Shown here piece after piece: positions 53,508 to 63,181 of a DNA stretch of 64,000 nt. Source of the stretch: an uncultured Armatimonadia bacterium (GTDB taxonomy: Bacteria; Armatimonadota; Zipacnadia; CAVVLO01); NCBI GenBank assembly GCA_963749155.1, contig CAVVLO010000002.1, positions 608,001-672,000 on the forward strand. Reading direction: 5' to 3'. The position numbers and the translations under genes are program-made. Position 1 is the stretch's first letter, and every line of letters begins with the position of its first letter. The notes beneath the pieces are model-generated. The model did not search any database and was not told the origin of the DNA. It saw nothing but the letters and a program-made list of their open reading frames with translations.

Positions 53508-54930
53508 ACGCCTCAATGCCCGCCTGCGCGGCCTGCTTTCGGTTTCAGTCGTCGCCATACTGCTGCTCGCGTTGCCCCTTTTCTACTGGGTCGGTGCGAG
53601 GCAGAGCTACCTCAACCAAAAATCGGCAACCTATCGCTCGGCCTTCCTGGAAGACTGGAGCGCGCGCGGCACCCTGATCTCGGCCGATGACCAGGTGCTG
53701 GCCGAATCGGTCAAGGACTCTCAGACAGGCAAAGTGAAGCGCAGCTATCCCCTGGGCGCGGCGGCGGCGCAGACAATTGGTTATCTCTCCCACCAGTATG
53801 GCAAGTCGGGACTGGAGAAAGGCTGTGACGAGTGGCTTTCCAGCGCGCGGGGCTCCTCGGCGGGACTGTTGGAGCAACTGCAGCGGCTGTCGGGCCTGCC
53901 CGTGCCTGGCCACAAGGTGCAGGTTACTCTCAATGCCAAATTACAGAAGACAGCCTACGAGGCCCTTGGAGGGCGACGAGGAGCGGTGGCGGTAATCAAT
54001 CCGCAAACTGGGGCGATTCTGGCGCTTGCCAGTTCGCCTTCGTACGATGCCAACAAGGTGGATGCGCTCTTTGATGAACTGCGCACCCATCCTCACGCGG
54101 CGTTGCTCAATCGCGCAACTCAAGGCCTGTATCCGCCAGGTTCGACTTTCAAGATATTCACCGCGGCCGCGGCGCTGGATACGGGCGTCGTCACCCCCGA
54201 TACGACCTTCGATTGCGAGGGCACCTGGCAAGGCCCAGGCACCAGAATCAAATGTCTGAAGCGCTCAGGCCACGGGGAGATATCTCTTTTCGATGGTATC
54301 CGGCTTTCTTGTAATATTGCGCTCTCTCAGACGGCGCTCAAGCTGGGGCTGGATGGATTCTATTCCTATGCGAAGGCCTTCCATCTGGAGGATCCCTTCG
54401 AACTGCCCTGTGCCTCCTCCAAAGGTATGCTGCCCGATCGCCTGAAAGCGACCGAAGCAGATTTGGCCGAGATGGGCTTTGGTCAGGGCAGGTTGCTGGT
54501 GAGCCCTCTCTGGATTGCCTTGATGGCAGGCACCGTGACCAACAACGGCCAAATGATGCGGCCCTATCTCATATCGAAGATAACAGGCCAAAATGGTAAA
54601 ATGATATCTGAGACCTCTCCCCTTTCCTGGGGGCAACCGGTTTCCTCGCAGGCGGCCAGCGAGATCACCAGGATGATGGTGGCCACGGTAGATACTGGCA
54701 CGGGAACCGTTGCGCGCTTGCCTGGGGTTGAAGTGGCAGGCAAGACTGGTACCGCTGAGAACCCCGAAGGCAGGCCTCATGGCTGGTTTGTGGCTACGGC
54801 GCCCGCCGGTCGGCCAGTGGTGGCAGTAGCGGCAATTGTTGAGAACAGCGGCACCGGCAGCGCCAATGCCGGCCCGATTGTGAAACAGATTTTGAGGCAA
54901 GCCCTCAAGCAAGCAGGTGAACTGGATTGA
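53491..54930 (+). CDS. pbpA: Class B penicillin-binding protein (PbpA-like)
   Basis: RGTL, RSYP, PPGSTFK (SxxK), SCN (SxN), GKTGTAE (KTG). Confidence 0.92.
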   Translation: MHQEPERLNARLRGLLSVSVVAILLLALPLFYWVGARQSYLNQKSATYRSAFLEDWSARGTLISADDQVLAESVKDSQTGKVKRSYPLGAAAAQTIGYLSHQYGKSGLEKGCDEWLSSARGSSAGLLEQLQRLSGLPVPGHKVQVTLNAKLQKTAYEALGGRRGAVAVINPQTGAILALASSPSYDANKVDALFDELRTHPHAALLNRATQGLYPPGSTFKIFTAAAALDTGVVTPDTTFDCEGTWQGPGTRIKCLKRSGHGEISLFDGIRLSCNIALSQTALKLGLDGFYSYAKAFHLEDPFELPCASSKGMLPDRLKATEADLAEMGFGQGRLLVSPLWIALMAGTVTNNGQMMRPYLISKITGQNGKMISETSPLSWGQPVSSQAASEITRMMVATVDTGTGTVARLPGVEVAGKTGTAENPEGRPHGWFVATAPAGRPVVAVAAIVENSGTGSANAGPIVKQILRQALKQAGELD

Positions 54931-56495
54931 TTACACCCGGCCAGATGCTGGCAGGACGTTATAAGTTGGGCGAACAACTCGGCAGGGGTGGGATGGCCCT
55001 GGTCTTTTCGGCGCTGGACACCACCCTCGACCGGCAAGTCGCCATAAAGGTGCTGGATCCCAAATATCTGGCGGATGAAGAGTTTGTCGCGCGATTTGGG
55101 CTGGAGGTCTCTTCGGCTGCCCAACTGGCGCATCCAAGCATTGTCACGACCTACGACACAGGCCAGTTTGAAGGATTGCCTTATCTGGTTATGGAGAACC
55201 TTCCCGGCGGCACTCTGCGCGACCGGTTGAAGCGCACCCCCCAATTGCCCGAGCGCCAGGCTATTGCCATCGCGTTATCGCTGGCCAGGGCGCTTGCCTA
55301 CGCTCATTCGCGCGGCATCGTGCATCGGGACATAAAACCCAGCAACGTATTATTTACTTCCGATGGCATCCCCAAGCTCAGCGATTTTGGCATCGCCAAG
55401 GCGCTGGCGGCTTCAGAATACACTCAGACAGGTCAGATGGTCGGCTCGGTTGCCTATTCGGCGCCGGAGGTACTCGAAGGCGGCTCCGCAACACCAGCAA
55501 GTGATATCTACTCGCTAGGCTGTCTGCTATATGAGATGGTCTGTGGCAAGGCGCCCTTCGATGGCGACTCGCCTATGGCGATTGCTCTGGGGCATCTGCG
55601 ACAGGCGCCTCAGCGGCCCAGGGCGCTCAATCCACAGCTCTCGACCCGCGTTGAAGCCTTGCTGCTCAGGTGCCTTGAGAAGACGCCTTCGATGCGATAT
55701 GGCTCGGTGGAAGAACTCGCCAATGAGCTTGAGAAGCTCCAGGTCAGCAGCCCAACCGATATTCGCGATGCGCTGGATACCGAGCAGACAATGCGCAGAC
55801 CAGTCGTGCGCACCACAGCGCCTTTACCGCCGCAGCGCGGCAGTGACACCAATACGCCGCTGATAATCGCCCTTGTCTTCGTAGCCATCGCGGCGATTGC
55901 GCTCGGGTTCGTCTTTGGCCCTCAGTTGCTCGAATCTTTCGGGGGCGGCAAGCCGGCGCTGCTTCAGGCGCCCAATCTGGAAAGGATGAGCATCTCTCAG
56001 GCCACCCGTGCGGCCCAGGTGCTGGGGCTGACGGTCCAGGTACAGGGCGAAGAAGATAGTGATAGTGTGCCACCAAATTCCATCTTGCGCCAGTTGCCTT
56101 CGCCAGGTGTAGAGGTTGAAAAGGGCGGAGTAATTAAAGTCATTGTCTCCAAGGGGCAGGAACTGGTAAACGTGCCGGATATCACTGAGATCCCTGTCGA
56201 GCGCGCCTCCTCGCTGCTTTCGGGATACGGATTGAGAATTGGCGCCCAACAAGGCGAGGAACACCACCCCACCCTCCCAGAAGGGTATATCTTGCGGCAA
56301 TCTCCAGGGGCTGGGCAAAAGTCTACCAAAGGCTCCAGAGTGGATTATTGGCTAAGTCTTGGCCCCGAAGCGGTTGAGCCACCGCCACCAGACACCAATA
56401 CAGGGCCCCAGCCTCCGGATGATGGCACAAACGCTGGGCCAGATGCGCCACCTCCTGGCGATAATCCACCGCCAGTAGCTCCTGACACAGAGTAG
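54927..56495 (+). CDS. pknB: PASTA-domain Ser/Thr protein kinase
   Basis: LGRGGMA, VAIK, HRDIKPSN, DFGIA, YSAPE, TM, two PASTA domains, Pro-rich tail. Confidence 0.92.
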   Translation: MITPGQMLAGRYKLGEQLGRGGMALVFSALDTTLDRQVAIKVLDPKYLADEEFVARFGLEVSSAAQLAHPSIVTTYDTGQFEGLPYLVMENLPGGTLRDRLKRTPQLPERQAIAIALSLARALAYAHSRGIVHRDIKPSNVLFTSDGIPKLSDFGIAKALAASEYTQTGQMVGSVAYSAPEVLEGGSATPASDIYSLGCLLYEMVCGKAPFDGDSPMAIALGHLRQAPQRPRALNPQLSTRVEALLLRCLEKTPSMRYGSVEELANELEKLQVSSPTDIRDALDTEQTMRRPVVRTTAPLPPQRGSDTNTPLIIALVFVAIAAIALGFVFGPQLLESFGGGKPALLQAPNLERMSISQATRAAQVLGLTVQVQGEEDSDSVPPNSILRQLPSPGVEVEKGGVIKVIVSKGQELVNVPDITEIPVERASSLLSGYGLRIGAQQGEEHHPTLPEGYILRQSPGAGQKSTKGSRVDYWLSLGPEAVEPPPPDTNTGPQPPDDGTNAGPDAPPPGDNPPPVAPDTE

Positions 56496-56649
56496 TTATT
56501 AACTCGGGGCAAGTTGCCAAACTGCTTCCGAGCTGTTTCTTAATATCTTGTTAGCTTACCTGACAGGGGCAGAACCGGCGACGTAGTGCAGTTTGCTGGG
56601 TCTCTTGTAACTAATTCGAGATATTTTCGAAATTGTTGTTGCAGTGCTG

Positions 56650-56678
56650 TTGACGTTACGTTGCTTCGATGGTACATT
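56650..56678 (+). promoter_or_regulatory. Sigma70 promoter of the small membrane protein gene
   Basis: TTGACG-17 bp-TACATT with extended TG. Confidence 0.65.
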
Positions 56679-56742
56679 ATGTAGTGGAGGAACACGAGTG
56701 TCGTATCACCAGCTTGTTGCCCACAGGCGGAGGTGATGCGCA

Positions 56743-56976
56743 GTGTCACTACCATCGATCGGAGCAGCGTTTGCAGGCATCCTTTTGTTGTTCTTTACAT
56801 CAGCTCAGCTGATGTACAACATCTTCAGCCCTGTGCTGAGTTGGCTTTTCTCGGCGTTTGGACTGGACCTGACAGAAGGCGAAGCAAACCTTATCACAAT
56901 CTTACTTGTCGTCAGCGTCGGCCTGGCTATCATCAACAAGCTGATGAAGAACTTCGCCGGCGGGTATACCGACTAA
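56743..56976 (+). CDS. Small (77 aa) membrane protein of unknown function
   Basis: Strong SD GGAGGTG, GTG start, two hydrophobic helices, own promoter and terminator. Confidence 0.7.
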   Translation: MSLPSIGAAFAGILLLFFTSAQLMYNIFSPVLSWLFSAFGLDLTEGEANLITILLVVSVGLAIINKLMKNFAGGYTD

Positions 56977-57004
56977 ACGCCAGTTATCGTCTACTGACTA
57001 CCTG

Positions 57005-57036
57005 AAGGGCTCTCGCAAGGGAGCCCTTTTCTATTT
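57005..57036 (+). terminator. Intrinsic terminator
   Basis: AAGGGCTCTC-GCAA-GGGAGCCCTT-TTCTATTT. Confidence 0.8.
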
Positions 57037-57053
57037 ATAAACCACTTCTCTGG

Positions 57054-57082
57054 TTGACAGGCCGCATCCCTGCCACTAACCT
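57054..57082 (+). promoter_or_regulatory. Promoter giving a probable leaderless mRNA
   Basis: TTGACA-17 bp-TAACCT, with ATG 7 nt downstream and no SD. Confidence 0.7.
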
Positions 57083-57089
57083 CCCCCGT

Positions 57090-58775
57090 ATGAATGACCG
57101 GCTGACTACCGATATCCGACAAAGAGTGGCCAAAGAGCAAGGCGCCGTGTTGAAGGACTCCGGCGGCAGGCTGCGCGTCGCCCTTATATGGCCTAACACT
57201 TATGCGTGCGGGATGGCCTCACTTGGTTTCCAACAGCTCTACAGATTGCTTAACGAATTGCCCTTTGTGGTCTGCGAGCGCGCCTTTCTGCCCGACAATC
57301 CCCGCCAGTATGATGAACTTGATACCGAGCTTTTCACCTACGAGACACTGACCCCAGTAAGAGATTTCCATGTGCTGGCTTTTTCGGTGGCCTACGAGCT
57401 GGATTACTTCCACCTGCTGCGGTGCCTTAGTCTGGCGCGCGTGCCAGTGCGCGCCAGGGACAGGCAGGAGGACGATCCGCTAGTTATCGCCGGAGGCATC
57501 GCGCTCACTTTCAATCCCTTTCCAATTGCTGAAGCGCTGGATGCGATTTGTATAGGTGAAGCAGAACCCCTGCTCGAGCGCTGGTTCGAGCTGCTTTATC
57601 AGAGTCGCGAAGTAGCGCCTGGCTCGCGCGAGGAAATATTGCGCGCCCAGGCCGAATTGCCTGGTGTCTTTGTACCTTCACTTTACAAGCTGGACTGGGA
57701 CGCCCAGGGCAATCTGATGAGCGTTGAGACAGAGCCCCCTGCGCCGTTGTCTGTGGTAAAAAGCACCACGGATTTCGATTATAACGAGCCAGCCCGAGGG
57801 TCGCTCTTTGCAGCCTCGAGCCAGTTTGCCAACGACCTGCTGGTTGAGATCGGCCGAGGTTGTGGGCGAGGTTGCAAGTTCTGCGTGTCGGGTCATGTGA
57901 CCAACCCGGTACGATTTCATCCTGGGGAGGCTGTCGTACAAGCCGCCAAGGCTGCGGAGGCGCCAGATTTCGGGAGAGTGGCGCTGGTGGCAAGCGCGGC
58001 TGGAGACTATCCGGGGTTGGCGGAGTTGCTGACAAGTCTCACTGCCGAAGGCTTCAGGGCGTCGGTCTCCTCTCTGAGGGTCGAACAGACCAAGCTGGCG
58101 ACCTTGAAAGCACTTGCCCAGAGCGGTGGGCGGACTGTAACCATAGCTCCCGAGGCAGCGACCGAACGGTTGCGCTTTGCCTTGGGGAAGAAAACTCGAG
58201 ATGAGGAGTTTTTCCACTTCGCCGAGTTGGCTCAGGAGGCCCGCATCGAGCAACTCAAGCTCTATTTCCTGCTTGGCCTGCCTGCCGAAACTGACGATGA
58301 TATCCTCGCGCTGGGGGGATTCCTTACCGAGTTGAAGTCACGCTGCCCAGGGGTTGCAGTTAAGGCTTCTGTTGGGATTTTCGTGCCAAAACCTGCGACC
58401 CCCTTCCAGTGGGCGCCAATGGTGGTTGAGCCTGAACTAACACGACGACTAGTGCTGGCAAGGCAGGCTTTGTCGAAGCTGCGCAAAGTGAGTTTCGACC
58501 TGGATGCGCCCGGCGAGGCCCTGATCCAGGCCTTGCTTGCGCGAGGAGGAGCGCCACTTTTCCCTGTGCTGGAAGCTCTTGCCGTAAAAGGCCCCAAGCT
58601 TAAGCCTCTCCTCAAAGGCTTGCGCGCTCAGGAGCTTGACCCTGACCTGCTCTGGAGCGAGCGCCCCGCTGAGGCGCGCTTCCCCTGGGAGCTATTCGAC
58701 TTTGGAATGGCTCGCGAAAAGCTCTGGAAAAGGTGGACCGAGACCTTCGAAGGAGCCCCGGATGAAGCTGACTGA
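57090..58775 (+). CDS. Radical SAM protein (YgiQ/TIGR03960-like N-terminus)
   Basis: PNTYACGMASLG..CERAF; EIGRGCGRGCKFC (CxxxCxxC); SSLR; TIAPE; KLYFLLGLP; FVPKPATPFQW. Confidence 0.9.
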   Translation: MNDRLTTDIRQRVAKEQGAVLKDSGGRLRVALIWPNTYACGMASLGFQQLYRLLNELPFVVCERAFLPDNPRQYDELDTELFTYETLTPVRDFHVLAFSVAYELDYFHLLRCLSLARVPVRARDRQEDDPLVIAGGIALTFNPFPIAEALDAICIGEAEPLLERWFELLYQSREVAPGSREEILRAQAELPGVFVPSLYKLDWDAQGNLMSVETEPPAPLSVVKSTTDFDYNEPARGSLFAASSQFANDLLVEIGRGCGRGCKFCVSGHVTNPVRFHPGEAVVQAAKAAEAPDFGRVALVASAAGDYPGLAELLTSLTAEGFRASVSSLRVEQTKLATLKALAQSGGRTVTIAPEAATERLRFALGKKTRDEEFFHFAELAQEARIEQLKLYFLLGLPAETDDDILALGGFLTELKSRCPGVAVKASVGIFVPKPATPFQWAPMVVEPELTRRLVLARQALSKLRKVSFDLDAPGEALIQALLARGGAPLFPVLEALAVKGPKLKPLLKGLRAQELDPDLLWSERPAEARFPWELFDFGMAREKLWKRWTETFEGAPDEAD

Positions 58776-59565
58776 ACGCGAGGGCGCGCTGTTTATAGAG
58801 CCAGCAACGCTGGAGGCGCCTGAAGGCACTGTATTGGCCTTCACAACCCGCGTGGGGGGCGTCAGCCTGCCGCCTCACGACGCGCTCAATCTGAGTTATG
58901 AAGCCGGTGACGACGCCAAATTGGTCAGAGAGAACTGGGCCAGGACCAGGCGAGCGCTCGGGCTTGCCGATATGGCCATCAGAGAACTCTCCCAGGTGCA
59001 TGGGATTGAAGTTTTCCATCTGACCTCCTTTGAGCAAGGCCACCTCATCCACGGGGAGGACGCCTGCCAGCTTGGCCCGGCAGATACGCTGGTGACAGCG
59101 CTAGCTGGGACGCCGTGCGCGCTGCGATATGCCGACTGCGCGCCGATTGCTTTGTACAGCAGGAAGTCAAAGGCGATGGGGCTTGTGCACGCGGGCTGGC
59201 GAGGCACCGCCACAGGCGTGGTAGCAAGCGCGGTGATGGCGATGGCAATCGCTTTTGGCGCAACTCCAGGAGAGCTGCAAGCCTTTATCTTTCCGCATAT
59301 CCGCAAGTGCTGTTTTCTGGTGCGTGAAGACGCTCTGAAAGAGTTTTCGCACTCCTTCCCTGGCCCTTCCGAGGTCATCGAGCAAGCGAGTGAAGCCCAG
59401 TGGACGATTGATCTCGAGGCGGCCAACCGGCACTGGCTGACCGAGCTTGGCGTCACCCGGATTGAAACCTCTGACCTCTGCACCTGCTGCCGAGATGATT
59501 TATTTTTCTCATATCGGCGCGATGGGATGCGCGGTTGCATGAGGTTGATTGGCCAGTTGGTTTGA
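58762..59565 (+). CDS. pgeF: Peptidoglycan editing factor / purine nucleoside phosphorylase YfiH-PgeF family
   Basis: FTTRVGGVS, LNL, QVHG, ADCAPI, HAGWRG, CTCC..FFSYRR. Confidence 0.92.
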   Translation: MKLTEREGALFIEPATLEAPEGTVLAFTTRVGGVSLPPHDALNLSYEAGDDAKLVRENWARTRRALGLADMAIRELSQVHGIEVFHLTSFEQGHLIHGEDACQLGPADTLVTALAGTPCALRYADCAPIALYSRKSKAMGLVHAGWRGTATGVVASAVMAMAIAFGATPGELQAFIFPHIRKCCFLVREDALKEFSHSFPGPSEVIEQASEAQWTIDLEAANRHWLTELGVTRIETSDLCTCCRDDLFFSYRRDGMRGCMRLIGQLV

Positions 59566-59701
59566 CCTCTTGGAGCTTTGGCGATACCCTTATATAATAG
59601 AAATATAATCTCTTGCCAGACTAGCGCCAGAACTAGCAGCCTCGTTCTACTACTCAAGTTATGACAGCAATCAGCCGATAAGCCCCTAGAGGTGGACTCT
59701 G

Positions 59702-60725
59702 ATGGACGGTGTTGGGGCCGGCGCGGCACTTGCGTCGCTTGCTGCTCCTTACAATTTACTTGCCCAGGCACTCGATCGACCTCGGCGGCTGCTTGCCTCG
59801 GCGCTTACTCGTTATGTGCATCCTGAGGCACTGGTTAAGGCAGGGGCCAGGAAACCTGCCCTCCTCACAACGGCAGTGGTGCTTGCCGGAGGGCGAGGCA
59901 CCAGGCTGTATCCTCTTACAGAACACCTTCCCAAGCCGCTTGTACCGGTCTTCGGCCGGGCACTGCTCGATCACTTGCTTACAGGGCTAGCGCGAAGTGG
60001 AGTCCAGCAGGTTTATATCCTGCTTGGTTTTGGGGGAGAGCAAGTACTCAGCCATCTTGCCGAAGCTGCTCCGGCAGGACTGGCTATCGAGACTCTTTCT
60101 GGTAATGAGCCATACGGCACTGCAGGAGCAACGCGCAGACTTCGCAAGTTGCTACCGGACGAGTTCCTTGTGATGTGTGGCGATGCGCTTACAGATGCGG
60201 ATTTCTTGCACGCGACTCTTTTCCACCAGGAGCAGGGGGCGCTGGTGACTGTCCTGGCCAAGGAGGTGCCAGATGCCTCCCAGTTCGGCTTGATGGCGGT
60301 GGACGAGACCAGGCGGATAACAAATTTCGTCGAGAAGCCTGCAAGACTTCCAGGTTGCCCCAGCTCCCTCAGGGCTGGTCAGTTGCGGGATGTACCTGAT
60401 GCGGCGCGAGGCACTTGATTATGTGCCAGCAGGCGTTGAATACGATTTCGGCAAGCAGCTCTTGCCAAGTCTGCTTGAAGCGGGGGCGCCTCTTTATGCG
60501 TGGAGCCTGCCCCAATACTGGCGCGATATCGGTACCTGGGAAGCCTATGTGCAGGGGATGATGGATGTGCTGGAGGGGCAGGTCAGATTACCCTGGCCCC
60601 TGCTTTGTGAGAAGATCTTCCTTTTACGGCAGAGACTGGCGCGCGGTAGATTTGATTTGCCCGCCCATCCTGCTGCAGCTATCGCGACGCTGGAGGCGGA
60701 ATTCGCCACGCTGGCGGCGCGTTAA
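59702..60725 (+). CDS. Sugar-phosphate nucleotidyltransferase (mannose-1-P guanylyltransferase-like; frameshift between 60340 and 60375)
   Basis: VLAGGRGTRLYPLT..PKPLVP, GTAGA, CGDALTD, FVEKP; second ORF supplies GMY..DFGKQLLP..YWRDIGT. Start uncertain. Confidence 0.82.
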
Positions 60726-60752
60726 GGGGTCGCGAGTCGGACTGCAGGCAAT

Positions 60753-61677
60753 TTAGCCTTCCAGTTCGAGCTCGCGGCCCTGGACAAGTTTGAAGAGCAC
60801 CTTCAACCCCTCCCCAAGACGCGGGCCAGGGCGCAACAGTAAATCGGGCGAGACAGCTTTCACCTTGCCAGGCTTTGACGGCTTTGAGTTGGCGCCATTT
60901 GGAGGTTGCGAGCAGTTGCTGAGCGTCGGGTGAGGTCGTGATGATAAGATCCGGCTCCCCCGCAAGCAGAGCTTCTTCCGAAAGCGCGGCAAATCCCTTG
61001 TATTCGGCTGGCACGGCGTTTTTCGCGCCACAATCGGTCAGCATCTGCCCGACGAAGGTATCAGCCGCAGCGGCGTATAGCGGCTCCATCGAGATCTCGA
61101 CAAAAACCTTCAGGTCCATCGGTTTGGCCTGCTTGCGCACTGCCTCGATAACTCCCAGCATTTCTCGCGTCAGCTTCTCGGCCTCTTCCCCTTTGCCAGT
61201 CGCGATCCCCAGGGTGCCGATGTTGCCTACCACATCCTCAAACTTGCTGGGTTCGAGCGCCAGCACGGGAAGACCCAGTTTACGCAAGTGGGCGATGCCT
61301 GTCGGCTGAAGCGAATTGATACCCACAATGAGGTCGGGCTTGAGGGAGACGATTTGCTCATAATTCAGATTGATGACGCCAAGTTGGGCCTTCTCTTTGG
61401 CCTCGGGGGGATAGTCAGAGGACTCCGAGACGGCGATAATCTGGTCTCCAAGCCCCAGCGCGTAAAGCAATTCGGTACAACTGGGGGCAAGCGATATGAT
61501 CCGCTCGGCCCTCGCGGGTATTGGCACTGAAGCGCCAGTGTCATCTACTACTGAAAGAGGCGCCTGGGCGTCAGGAAACGGAGCTGTGGGCGGAACTTCA
61601 GCCTCCTGCTTCGGGCCGCAACCGGCCAGCAGACAGCAAGCGAGCAACACCAGAAAGATGCCAGAGAGCAGCTTCAT
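60753..61677 (-). CDS. ABC transporter substrate-binding lipoprotein, cobalamin/siderophore (BtuF-like) (frameshift near 60871)
   Basis: Lipobox LAGC, VDDTG..RIISLAPSCTELLYALG, DYP, EQIVSLKPDL; repaired end DLLLRPGPRLGEG. Confidence 0.85.
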
Positions 61678-61689
61678 AACTTTACCTCA

Positions 61690-63181
61690 TCAGAAGGGCA
61701 TTATGACTTGCAGTGAACAGACCATTGCCACGGCTTGCAGGGCAAGCCCGGCGGGCAGCAGACCCCAGCGCGGACCGAGTCTCTCCAGCGCCAGCCAGGC
61801 GATAAGGGGTAGCAAGGCCATATAGAAGAACAACCAGATGCGCGCGACCTCGCCCAGCACGGAACCACTCAAATCTACCAGCAGCAGTATAGAACAAACC
61901 GAAAGAGTAAAGAGTGTGAGCAGAGACTGATTGCGCGGCCAGCGCGCAAGGCCCGAAGCCAGGAGTGGCCAGGCTGCCAGCCCCAGGAAAACGGCGACAT
62001 CCAGCAGGTTGAAGCCCAGCCAGAAGGAGTAGGTGCGCGTCGCTGTGAGCGCGTGGTGGGCGGCCATCGCCTGACTCCACATCAGGGGGAAGTCGGTCAG
62101 CATGGCCCAGACCAGCATCGGCACTGCAAAGCTGGCAATCGCAAGTCCGACGCTGCCAAATAACACCTTGCGTGATTCAGGTGCTTTTTTCAGTGACTTG
62201 CCCAGCAGCCAGCCGAACAAGCCAAATAACGGCACGAGGGCCAATAAGCCAAAGTTTACGAAGACGCCTCCAGCCAGCAGCAGGCCAGCCAGGACGGCAA
62301 GCCACCGCCGGCGGGGTTCGAGCGACTTCAACAAGAGCCAGCCGAGGGTAAACACCAGGGGTGGAAACAGCAGGTCGAGTGCCGGCAGGAAGAGCAACTG
62401 ACCTGGCACCAGGGGATAACAGAGGGCCGTAACGACCGCGGCCTCGAGCCCTGCCAGCTTGCGCGCCAGCAGGAAGGCGGGGATAAGGCCAAGCATCCCC
62501 AGCAGGCCGATCAGCCAGGCGACGAGGCCCGCGCCCAGCAGTTGCATCTCGGTCAGGTCCGCTCCCGCTCCGCGCTTCACCAGCGCGCGCCAGAGCAGCA
62601 CTTCATCCGAGTGAGCCACAAGCCAGTCCTGTGACAGGCTTCCAAAACTGACTGCCAGATTATAGGCGAAGCCCTTCAGAGCCCAGTAGGTTAACACTGC
62701 GCCTGGGGGATGGGTAGCAGCGTGCTGGTCCATTGAAGGCATCAAATCGGGATAGGTGCGAATATAGTCCAGGACTCCCTCCACTCTGGATGCCTCAGAA
62801 TAATAGGTAGTGGAGACAGGACTTGCGACGCAGGCCCCAAGAAAGACCAGGCCTCTGCCGCAGGCGGCGTTCAAGGCAATCTGCCCAAGCCAGGCCACCA
62901 GCACCAGCACCACAAGCAGCAGGGGCAACCATCGTTTGGCTTCGCGTTTTTTCCAGAGCAGGACAGCGACCAGGCTGTACAAGCCAAACAACCCGAGGGC
63001 TGGCACTACTGCTCCGGTCAGATGGAAAGCTGGCACATAAGGCCAGCTCCATTCGCCCAGCAGGCCAAGGGGAATTGTCCGAGTCAGGGACTAGCGCGGC
63101 TGCGAGGGCGCCAAGCACGAGGCAGAGCCAGGCTAGCAGTCGACCCGGAGCCGGCGGCTCGGTGCTCTTCTCAGGCTCCAT
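61690..63181 (-). CDS. Polytopic membrane protein, GT-C/PMT-like glycosyltransferase (frameshift near 63088)
   Basis: More than 10 TM helices, HAATHPPG, GEVARIWLF; repaired N-terminus ..VLTRTIPLGLLGEWSWPY.. Confidence 0.6.

Noticed and set aside
56360..56495. Pro/Asp-rich repetitive tail of PknB
   Set aside because: Ordinary low-complexity tail with no exact DNA repeat unit.
59562..59610. AT-rich stretch with TTGACC-17-TACCCT and two TATAAT hexamers
   Set aside because: Probably the nucleotidyltransferase promoter, but I cannot pick one box with confidence and it is otherwise unremarkable.
5781..63181. Programmed frameshifting, phase variation or an alternative genetic code as the cause of split genes
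   Set aside because: Breaks are frame changes rather than in-frame stops, share no slippery heptamer or long SSR, and hit unrelated housekeeping genes.
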